Assembly (NCBI GenBank): GCA_003194425.1
Contig: PQXB01000001.1
Coordinates: forward strand, 940,444 to 972,443
Length of the DNA stretch: 32,000 bases
Source: Candidatus Methanophagaceae archaeon
GTDB lineage: Archaea; Halobacteriota; Syntropharchaeia; Alkanophagales; Methanospirareceae
Direction: 5' to 3'
Shown here: positions 15,973-22,978 of the stretch, piece after piece
Layout: the number at the start of each line of letters is the position of its first letter
How positions within the stretch are numbered: the stretch's first letter is position 1
Notes under the pieces: model-generated
The model's input: the letters and a program-made list of their open reading frames with translations, nothing else
Database searches by the model: none
Told to the model about the DNA's origin: nothing
Position numbers and translations under genes: made by a program

Positions 15973-15991
15973 TTTTCTACTGCTTCAAGTG

Positions 15992-16063
15992 GGAGTCGTA
16001 GGGTAGCGGAAATCCTGTCAGGTTCCGGACCTGACAACCTGGGTTCAAATCCCAGCGACTCCG
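15992..16063 (+). tRNA. tRNA-Arg (anticodon CCG), no intron, CCA not encoded
   Basis: Hand-folded. The acceptor stem is GGAGTCG/CGACTCC. The D arm is GGGT-AGCGGAAA-TCCT. The anticodon stem is TCAGG/CCTGA with loop TTCCGGA. The variable loop is CAAC. The T arm is CTGGG-TTCAAAT-CCCAG, and the discriminator is G. Confidence 0.85.
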
Positions 16064-16072
16064 TTCCTTATT

Positions 16073-17071
16073 ATGACGCAGAACGAGAAAGGGGGAGAGG
16101 AAAAAGAGGGAGAGGAAAAAGAGGAGAGAGGAGGGCGTGTGCCTGTGAGTGTGCCTGAGTTAGCGGTTGTCTTTGACGGTGCAGGGGTTTTGTACGCGCC
16201 GTTCAGGATTATAAAAAATATGGCGCGCGGGGTGACGAAACGGAGCAGGGTCTCGGGCTTGACCTGCACGGACAGGCTTGAGAAAGGTGCGTTGGCGATT
16301 TTGAAGACGCGGTACGAGGAGACGATGGAGAACGAGACGGGCTCGAAATTCTTGTCAGACTTGATGCGGGAGAAAAAAATCGAAAGTAAAGTAGTTTATA
16401 AAAAGAAAGGGGTTAGCGACGAGGAAGTGGTAGAAGTGATTTTAGGGGACAAGAATGTCAGGTTGCGGGACGTGCACGAGACGATGTCGTTTTTACGGCG
16501 GTGCGACATTATTCCAGTAATCGGCGTCGGCTTGATTGTGGAGGTGTCGGGAGGCGGCGCGGGAGGAGACAGGGCAGGAGCAGGAGCAGGAGAGGGTAGG
16601 GCAGGAGGGGGGATAAAATATGTAATTGCAGGAGGCATAAATTTCTTTCCAGGAACGTTAAAACTGCTTAAAGACTTGCGGGAAATGGGCGTCTCGGTCT
16701 TTGTTGCTTCGGGGGACAGGATTGAGCGAGAGGAAATGGCGGCGTATTTGCCGGATGTGCCACCCGAGAATCTTTTTGGGATGATGAAGCCGGAGGACAA
16801 GAGGGACTTGGTGCGGCGGTTGAAGGAGAAGCAGACGGTTGTGATGGTCGGGGACGACAGGAATGATTATCTCGCGATGTGCGAGGCGGACATCTCGGTC
16901 TTGTCACTGCAGGAGGAGGCGGACAGGCCGGGGGCTATTCTTGAGATTGCGGATTTTAGGATAAAAAAAATCGGGGAAGTAAAAGGGATAATTGAAGAGA
17001 TGAGGGAATGCGTTAGTAAGCAGGGGGAAGGAGGAGCAAGGGAAGGAGGAGCAAGGGGTGGGGTGAGGTAA
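16073..17071 (+). CDS. HAD-superfamily protein resembling soluble P-type-ATPase-like phosphatases (COG4087-like)
   Basis: Motif I is the FDGAGV-like variant. A Lys lies in MMKPEDKRD and a P-type-like GDDRNDYLAM motif is present. The gene carries three low-complexity or repeat blocks. The start could be a downstream GTG (about 16139). Confidence 0.55.
   Translation: MTQNEKGGEEKEGEEKEERGGRVPVSVPELAVVFDGAGVLYAPFRIIKNMARGVTKRSRVSGLTCTDRLEKGALAILKTRYEETMENETGSKFLSDLMREKKIESKVVYKKKGVSDEEVVEVILGDKNVRLRDVHETMSFLRRCDIIPVIGVGLIVEVSGGGAGGDRAGAGAGEGRAGGGIKYVIAGGINFFPGTLKLLKDLREMGVSVFVASGDRIEREEMAAYLPDVPPENLFGMMKPEDKRDLVRRLKEKQTVVMVGDDRNDYLAMCEADISVLSLQEEADRPGAILEIADFRIKKIGEVKGIIEEMRECVSKQGEGGAREGGARGGVR
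16093..16122 (+). repeat. 15-bp x2 perfect tandem repeat (GGGAGAGGAAAAAGA) encoding GEEKE x2 at the HAD N-terminus
   Basis: Copies at 16093-16107 and 16108-16122 are identical. The repeat begins 30 nt after the end of the tRNA. Confidence 0.9.
16547..16612 (+). repeat. Low-complexity G/A-rich block (contains GCAGGA x3) encoding SGGGAGGDRAGAGAGEGRAGGG inside the HAD core
   Basis: This is an imperfect hexamer-type repeat read from the sequence. It interrupts otherwise ordinary sequence between IVEV and IKYVIAGG. Confidence 0.7.
17036..17065 (+). repeat. 15-bp x2 perfect tandem repeat (GGAAGGAGGAGCAAG) encoding EGGAR x2 at the HAD C-terminus
   Basis: Copies at 17036-17050 and 17051-17065 are identical. 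The repeat ends 8 nt before the next gene's ATG (17073). Confidence 0.9.
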
Positions 17072-17072
17072 A

Positions 17073-18155
17073 ATGGTGAGCTCGAGACCGAAACCGAAAA
17101 AAAGAGGAGACTTGGAGTTGGATTTGGACCTGGAGTCGTTGGCGAGAGAGGTAAGAGAGTTTGACGGAGTGAAGCGAAAGCGAGCAATAAACGACCTTAT
17201 AAAGAGGCTTGGGGACGCTGACCAAGTAGGAAGTCGGACGGTAGAGGGATTTGGCGAGGACGCCGCGGTGCTCAGGGTTGACGACGACAATTTCATTTTA
17301 CTCGCGGTGGACGGCATTTGGGGGAAATTGCTGAACGCCGACCCCTGGTGGGCGGGCTACTGCGCGGTTCTCGTGAATGTGAACGACATCGCTGCGATGG
17401 GTGGGACGCCGCTCGCGATGGTGAACCTGACCTCAACGCAGAATAAGGAGATTTGTGCAGAGCTGGGGCGAGGAATGGAGGACGGAGTGAGGAAGTTCGG
17501 CGTTCCGATGGTCGGCGGACACCTGCACCCAGACACCTCTTACGACGCCCTGGATGTCGGAATCGTTGGCACAGTAGGGAGGGAGAGCGTTATTTTTTCG
17601 AGCGGTGCGAGACCCGGCGACAAGGTGCTAGTCGCGGTTGACCTCGACGGCAGGATTTACCCCAGCTACAAATTGGCGTGGGACAACACGACAAAACGGT
17701 CGCCTGCAGAGGTGAGGCGGCAGTTGCAGACGATGGTTGAAATCGGCGAGCGGAAACTTGCGACCGCTGGGAAGGACATTAGCAACCCAGGGACGCTCGG
17801 CACGCTCGGAATGCTGCTCGAGTCCTCGGGCGTGGGTGCGACGGTGGAGTTGGAGAAGATTCCGAGACCCGAAGCCGAGACAGTTGGCACAGAGCAAATG
17901 TCTCTTGAGCACTGGCTGAAGATGTATCCGGGGACGGGTTTTGTGCTCACAGTCGAGAGCGAGGAGAAAGGAGTCGAGTGCGCGGAAATATTCGGGGACG
18001 CGGGCGTGCAGGCGGCTGTTGTCGGCGAGGTGAACGCGAGCAAGAAGTTGAAAATAACAAGAACAAGCGGAACGGCTGGCGGAGCGGAGACGGCGACGGT
18101 CTTTGACCTTAACCGTGAGATAATTACGGGAATCGTGCATGAGAAACGATTTTGA
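17073..18155 (+). CDS. AIR-synthase-related protein (PurM/ThiL/HypE superfamily, COG2144-like)
   Basis: Motifs are GEDAAVLRVDD..., LVNVNDIAAMGGTPLAM, VGGHL and GKDISNPGTLGTLGML. The start lies 1 nt after the HAD stop and the end overlaps the next gene by 17 nt. A 9-bp x2 repeat (17793-17810) encodes GTLGTL. Confidence 0.65.
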   Translation: MVSSRPKPKKRGDLELDLDLESLAREVREFDGVKRKRAINDLIKRLGDADQVGSRTVEGFGEDAAVLRVDDDNFILLAVDGIWGKLLNADPWWAGYCAVLVNVNDIAAMGGTPLAMVNLTSTQNKEICAELGRGMEDGVRKFGVPMVGGHLHPDTSYDALDVGIVGTVGRESVIFSSGARPGDKVLVAVDLDGRIYPSYKLAWDNTTKRSPAEVRRQLQTMVEIGERKLATAGKDISNPGTLGTLGMLLESSGVGATVELEKIPRPEAETVGTEQMSLEHWLKMYPGTGFVLTVESEEKGVECAEIFGDAGVQAAVVGEVNASKKLKITRTSGTAGGAETATVFDLNREIITGIVHEKRF

Positions 18156-19227
18156 CGCGTTACACGAAAAAATAAGGAAGGGCGAGATTGAGCGAGAAGA
18201 GGCGGTATTTTTGGCAAACAAGCCGTCTCTCCTGTTCGGCGTTGCGGACGAGCTGCGGCGGGAGGAGCGGGGGGAGGAGGTAACTTATGTGGTGAACAGG
18301 AACATAAATTTTACGAATGTCTGCCTGGGCAACTGCAAGTTCTGCGCGTTCAGGGTGAGGGCGGGAGAGAAACGGGGAAGGGAGAAGGGATATTTCTTGA
18401 GTCAAGAGGAGGTGTTGAACAAGGTTGAGGAGGCGGTGAATGCGGGGGCGACGGAGATTTGCATTCAAGGCGGACTGCACCCTTACCTCACACTGCCTGA
18501 CTACTGCGGGATTTTGGAGGAAATAAAGTCGCAGTTTGATGTGCACCTGCACGCATTCTCGCCGATGGAAATTTTCCACGCAGCCACTGGAACGGGGTCG
18601 GGGGTGAGCGAGGAGGAGGTCTTGAAGGAGTTGAAAAATGCGGGGCTGGGTTCGATTCCGGGAACTGCTGCGGAGATTTTAGACGATTCAGTGCGAGAGA
18701 GAATTTGTCCAAGTAAAATAAGGACAGAGAAATGGGTAGAAATAATTAGAACTGCACACCGCCTGGGCATTCCTACGACCGCTACGATGTTGTACGGGCA
18801 CATTGAAACGCTGGAAAATCGCGTAGACCACCTTTTCAAAATACGGGAGATTCAGAAGGAGACGGGCGGGTTTACGGAGTTCGTGCCTCTGAAATTTATG
18901 CGGCAGAACAACGAGCTGGGGCGAACGGTGCGGTGTGAGGCGGATTTTTTGGAGAGTGCAGTCGTGCACGCCCTCGCAAGGGTAATTCTTCACCCCTGGT
19001 GCGTGAATGTGCAGGCGTCGTGGGTGAAGTTGGGCGTGTCGGAGGCGCAGAGAATGCTGGACTTCGGCGCGAACGACTTGGGCGGGACTTTGATGGAAGA
19101 GAGCATTTCAAGGTTGTCGGGTGCGGTGGCTGGCGAGTACCTGCGTCCAGAGGAGTTCGAGCGACTGATAAAAGACGCGGGTAGAACGCCGAGACAGAGG
19201 AGCACTTTGTATAAAATATTTGAGTAA
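18139..19227 (+). CDS. cofH: Radical SAM enzyme, CofH-like (FO synthase subunit 2 type, F420 biosynthesis)
   Basis: Motifs are VTYVVNRNINFTNVCLGNCKFCAF, HAFSPMEI, SIPGTAAEILDDSVRERICPSK and GGFTEFVPLKF. The PGTAAE and FTEFVPL signatures fit CofH rather than the PGGGAE MqnC/E type. The assignment is from motif memory only. Confidence 0.6.
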   Translation: MRNDFDALHEKIRKGEIEREEAVFLANKPSLLFGVADELRREERGEEVTYVVNRNINFTNVCLGNCKFCAFRVRAGEKRGREKGYFLSQEEVLNKVEEAVNAGATEICIQGGLHPYLTLPDYCGILEEIKSQFDVHLHAFSPMEIFHAATGTGSGVSEEEVLKELKNAGLGSIPGTAAEILDDSVRERICPSKIRTEKWVEIIRTAHRLGIPTTATMLYGHIETLENRVDHLFKIREIQKETGGFTEFVPLKFMRQNNELGRTVRCEADFLESAVVHALARVILHPWCVNVQASWVKLGVSEAQRMLDFGANDLGGTLMEESISRLSGAVAGEYLRPEEFERLIKDAGRTPRQRSTLYKIFE

Positions 19228-19332
19228 CACGGGCTTAAGAAAAAATATTTGAGGACTTAATTCATAACATATTTAGTTACAACTTCTTCGGGTCAAGGAG
19301 ATAAGTCAAAGACAGAGATTTCAATCGATTCT

Positions 19333-19515
19333 TTGATTAAAGAACATTACCCAGAAGCCCACTTTTTAGGCTTCGTCGATGGCATTGGCTGGTATGTGAG
19401 AAAGAAGGATCTGAAAAGAATGGTTGCTGCTTATGAAGATGTTTTTACATTTCACCGAGAAGAGTTAGGGCGGTTTAAGCAATTGTTACGGGAGGCATTT
19501 GCTAATGATGGATAA
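19333..19515 (+). CDS. Small hypothetical protein (60 aa from TTG), overlapping the start of the downstream methyltransferase
   Basis: The frame is open from 19261 but has no ATG. The stop at 19513-19515 overlaps the MTase ATG (19505) by 11 nt. The region is AT-rich like the MTase. I recognise no family. Confidence 0.35.
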   Translation: MIKEHYPEAHFLGFVDGIGWYVRKKDLKRMVAAYEDVFTFHREELGRFKQLLREAFANDG

Positions 19516-20425
19516 ATACATCAACAAGGTAATTCAAGGCGATTGTCTGGAAGTTATGAAAAATATTCCAAATAACAGCGTGGACATAACTTTTGCTGAC
19601 CCGCCTTTTAATTTAAATAAGAAATATAAGGGATATAAAGACAACAAGAAATTTCACACTTATTTAGACTGGTGTAGGCAGTGGATTTATGAAATGGTTA
19701 GAATTACAAAGCCCACGGGTTCTATATTTGTGCATAATATTCCGAAATGGCTCACACACTACGCTTGTTTTCTAAATGAAATTGCTTACTTTAAACATTG
19801 GATTGCCTGGGACGCACCAACCGCGCCAATGGGAAAGAGCCTGCAGCCGTCTCATTATGGTATTTTGTTTTTCGTAAAAGACCCAAAGAAAAGCAAATTT
19901 TACGAGGTTCGTTATCCACACAAGCGATGCAGAAAATGTGGCTATCTTCTAAAAAATTATGGTGGTAAAAAATATGGTTTGCATCCGTTTGGACCTCTGG
20001 TCTCTGATGTGTGGACAGATATTCACAGGATTAAGCACAATAAATACAGAGATGAGCATCCGTGTCAGCTGCCGATACATCTGTTGGAACGGATAATTTT
20101 GATGAGCACAGATGAAGATGATATCGTACTGGATCCTTTTGTTGGAACCGGAACAACTGTTATCGCCGCAAAGAGATTAGGTCGGCGATTTATCGGGATC
20201 GATATCGATGAGATGTACGTGGATATCACAAAAAATAAACTTTCAAAAGAATTATCCAACTCTAAAATTGGTGATAGTTGGGTTAGCTTTTACTTGGATG
20301 AAATAGTAACAATTAGGGATGGAGACTGGGAAAAACTGGCGCAATATTTTTTCATTCCCGAAAATGTCAAGGACATCGATTTCAGAAAAATAAAACTTGA
20401 TAAACAGACAAGATTATTCAAATAG
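19505..20425 (+). CDS. DNA methyltransferase, beta-class N6A/N4C family (PF01555-like), motif IV DPPF
   Basis: Motif IV reads VDITFADPPFNL and lies N-terminal. Motif I reads VLDPFVGTGTT and lies C-terminal. A CRKCGY...C Zn-ribbon-like insert is present. There is no adjacent endonuclease ORF. The gene is AT-rich. Confidence 0.85.
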   Translation: MMDKYINKVIQGDCLEVMKNIPNNSVDITFADPPFNLNKKYKGYKDNKKFHTYLDWCRQWIYEMVRITKPTGSIFVHNIPKWLTHYACFLNEIAYFKHWIAWDAPTAPMGKSLQPSHYGILFFVKDPKKSKFYEVRYPHKRCRKCGYLLKNYGGKKYGLHPFGPLVSDVWTDIHRIKHNKYRDEHPCQLPIHLLERIILMSTDEDDIVLDPFVGTGTTVIAAKRLGRRFIGIDIDEMYVDITKNKLSKELSNSKIGDSWVSFYLDEIVTIRDGDWEKLAQYFFIPENVKDIDFRKIKLDKQTRLFK

Positions 20426-20429
20426 GAAA

Positions 20430-20461
20430 AGGAGAAGGAAGGTCTAGGAGAAGGAAGGTCT
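20430..20461. repeat. 16-bp x2 perfect tandem repeat (AGGAGAAGGAAGGTCT) in the intergenic region
   Basis: Copies at 20430-20445 and 20446-20461 are identical. The repeat lies between the MTase stop (20425) and the ilvB start (20494). Confidence 0.9.
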
Positions 20462-20493
20462 GTAAAATTAAAATATTAAAAGGATAAATAATT

Positions 20494-22269
20494 GTGGGGG
20501 AAGAAGAGGTGGGAAGAGCAGCGAAGTTGAGCGGTGCGGAAATCGTAGTGGCAGAGTTGAAGAGCGAGGGCGTGGAGGTAGCGTTTGGAATTCCAGGCGG
20601 GGTGCTGCTGGACTTGTACGACACGCTCTACAAGGAAGCGGCGACGGCGGAGGGAGCAGAGACAGAGGGGGGTTTGAGGCATATTTTGATGCGGCACGAG
20701 CAGTGCGCGGCGCACGCCGCCGACGGCTACGCACGCGTCTCTGGGAAGACAGGAGTCTGCATCGCCACCTCAGGTCCCGGCGCCACGAACCTCGTTACAG
20801 GGCTGGCGAATGCAAATATGGATTCTGCGCCTGTGGTGGCACTAACAGGGCAGGTGCCGACCTCTGCAATCGGCAGCAACGCGTTCCAAGAAGCCAGCAC
20901 TTTCACAATCACGATGCCCGTAACAAAGCACAACTTCCTTGCAACGCGAACCGAAGACCTGCCAAAAATCATTCACAACGCCTTCTACATCGCGAACACA
21001 GGACGGAAGGGCGTGGTTTTGATCGACCTCCCAAAAGATGTTTTGGCGGAGCGAGCGGAGGTGAACTTGCACCCGAGGGAGACTTTCGCGGGCTACAAGC
21101 CGAACATAAAACCGAACCGCGTGCAGACGAAGAAGGCGGCGGAGGTCTTAGCGAACGCGGAACGACCGCTTATTCTGGCAGGCGGCGGGGTCGTCAGCAG
21201 CGACGCCTCGGAGGAGCTGCGGCGTTTGGCAGAGTTCCTCGGCGCTCCTGTCGTTACAACGCTGCTCGGTAAGGGTGCGATTCCAGAGAGCCACCCGTTC
21301 TGCCTAGGAATGGCGGGAATGCACGGGCGTCTCTACGCGAACCGAGCGCTGAACGAGTGCGACGCTCTGCTCGCGGTTGGGACGCGGTTCAGCGACCGCC
21401 TGACTGGGTGGCAGTTAGACCAGTTCGCTCCCGACGCCACCCTAATCCACGTGGACCTCGACGCCGCCGAGATAAACAAGAACATTCAGGTGGACATTCC
21501 AATTGTGGGCGACGCACGGCTCGCTCTCGTAGACATAATAAAGTGGCTGGAGAAGGTGGCGAAGGTGTGGGGGAAAAGAAGTGAGAGCGTCTGGGTTCAG
21601 AGAATTAGAAAAATGCATTCCGCGTGTGAGGAGTGCGTGAAGGATGTTTGGGGCGAGGGGTCGTCGGTCTCCGAAAGGTTAATAAAAGAGATTAATCGGG
21701 TTTTGGACGACGACGCAATTCTCGTAACCGAAGTGGGGCAGTGCCAAATGTTCGCAGCACATTTTTATATGACGAGGAAGCCCCGCACTTTTGTAACCTC
21801 CGGCGGTCTCGGAACGATGGGTTTTGGATTTCCCGCGGCGATTGGAGCGAAGGTTGCGGCGCCGGACAAAAAAGTCGTGGACATCGCAGGGGACGGGAGT
21901 TTTCTGATGACTTGCCAAGACCTTGCGACCTGCGTTGAAAACGACATTCCAGTCGTGGTCTGCGTCTTCGACAACAGGTTTCTTGGAATGGTGAGGCAGT
22001 GGCAGGAGCTCTTCTTTGAGAAGAAATATTCGCACACCGGGCTGGGACTGACGCCGGACTTTGTCAAGTTGGCGGAGGCGTTTGGGTGCTACGGCGAGCG
22101 GGTTGAGAAGCCAGAGGAGTTGGAGGCGGCGTTGAAGAACGCTTTTGAGTCGGGCAAGCCGGCGGTGCTCGATTTGGTTGTGGGAAAAGAGGACAAGATA
22201 TTGCCGATGATTCCGCCAGGAGGCGGCGTGGTTGGAATGATAGGAGCAGAGAGATGCAGACGCATATAA
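20494..22269 (+). CDS. ilvB: Acetolactate synthase large (catalytic) subunit, ThDP-dependent
   Basis: Motifs are GIPGG, RHEQCAAHAADGYAR, ATSGPGATN and the ThDP motif GDGSFLM...N. The start is GTG 20494 or GTG 20509. Confidence 0.9.
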   Translation: MGEEEVGRAAKLSGAEIVVAELKSEGVEVAFGIPGGVLLDLYDTLYKEAATAEGAETEGGLRHILMRHEQCAAHAADGYARVSGKTGVCIATSGPGATNLVTGLANANMDSAPVVALTGQVPTSAIGSNAFQEASTFTITMPVTKHNFLATRTEDLPKIIHNAFYIANTGRKGVVLIDLPKDVLAERAEVNLHPRETFAGYKPNIKPNRVQTKKAAEVLANAERPLILAGGGVVSSDASEELRRLAEFLGAPVVTTLLGKGAIPESHPFCLGMAGMHGRLYANRALNECDALLAVGTRFSDRLTGWQLDQFAPDATLIHVDLDAAEINKNIQVDIPIVGDARLALVDIIKWLEKVAKVWGKRSESVWVQRIRKMHSACEECVKDVWGEGSSVSERLIKEINRVLDDDAILVTEVGQCQMFAAHFYMTRKPRTFVTSGGLGTMGFGFPAAIGAKVAAPDKKVVDIAGDGSFLMTCQDLATCVENDIPVVVCVFDNRFLGMVRQWQELFFEKKYSHTGLGLTPDFVKLAEAFGCYGERVEKPEELEAALKNAFESGKPAVLDLVVGKEDKILPMIPPGGGVVGMIGAERCRRI

Positions 22270-22766
22270 TTTCGTTGCTGGTGGAGGACCACCCAGGAGT
22301 GCTGACGAGGATGTCGGGAATGTTCACGACGCGGGGGATTAACATCGCCTCGCTCACGGTCTCGCCGTGCGAGAAAGAGGGGCTCTCGAGGATGACAATC
22401 GCGATAGAAGGCTCGGAGAGCGAGTTGGAGAAGGTGCGTAAGCAAATCAGCAACCTGATTGAGGTGGTGAAGGTGGTGGACTTGAAAGCGGGCGGGCAGG
22501 GAAGGGGCAACGGCGGCGGCGAGGCGATTGTCCGCGACTTGTGCCTGCTGAGAGTGCACGCAAAGGACTCGGAAGCTCGGTCCGCGGTGATGCAACTCGC
22601 GGAATCTTACGGTGCGAAAATTGTGGACGCTGCGTTGGATTCGGTAACGCTTGAACTTACGGAGGAGCCCGAGAGGGTAAGCAGGTTCGTGGATTTGATG
22701 CGGCATTTCGGCGTGAAGCAGCTGTTCAGGACCGGCGTTACCGCGATCGGGCGAGAGCGGGACTAA
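22254..22766 (+). CDS. ilvN: Acetolactate synthase small (regulatory) subunit, ACT domain
   Basis: Motifs are HIISLLVEDHPGVLTRMSGMFTTRGINIASLTV and the C-terminal AHAS small-subunit domain. It overlaps the ilvB end by 16 nt. Confidence 0.85.
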   Translation: MQTHIISLLVEDHPGVLTRMSGMFTTRGINIASLTVSPCEKEGLSRMTIAIEGSESELEKVRKQISNLIEVVKVVDLKAGGQGRGNGGGEAIVRDLCLLRVHAKDSEARSAVMQLAESYGAKIVDAALDSVTLELTEEPERVSRFVDLMRHFGVKQLFRTGVTAIGRERD

Positions 22767-22978
22767 AAGATTAGATTGGACTGTTAAAATTGAGAATGAA
22801 CGGGGACCTCTAAATCTGAAATGCGAAAGAGGGGAGGAGTTGGGGAAACGCAAGATTGGACCGAAGAAGTGGTGAAAAATCCGCTCTGCTCCTGTGTCCA
22901 AATCTGAGGCTTTGTAGCCACTTCTCGTGGTTTGAATAAAACGGTTGTACCAGTCATTTTTGATTTTTATTCTCGAAT

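Noticed and set aside
19213-19253. A 12-nt direct repeat AAAATATTTGAG (19213-19224 at the end of the CofH-like gene, and 19242-19253) as a possible target-site duplication or att site of the first AT-rich cassette.
   Set aside because: Both copies lie at the same (left) edge. The right edge near 20470 shares only AAAATATT, and no integrase is present. It may be another spaced duplication or chance in AT-rich DNA.
20430-20461. A shared GAAGGTCT core between the intergenic 16-bp repeat here and the LSEG repeat unit at 30749, as a hint of a common recognition motif.
   Set aside because: Only 8 nt are shared. The other TR units (for example GGGACTGCGGAG, GCAAATTTATTATTT, AGTTAGGTCAGG...) have no common motif. 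It is most likely coincidence.
22873-22930. A long-range complementarity, CGAAGAAGTGG ... CCACTTCTCG, in the non-coding tail after ilvN as a candidate structured sRNA or terminator.
   Set aside because: It is a single imperfect stem with a loop of about 36 nt and no supporting motif. Archaeal termination generally relies on T-tracts. I cannot evaluate it without folding or expression data.
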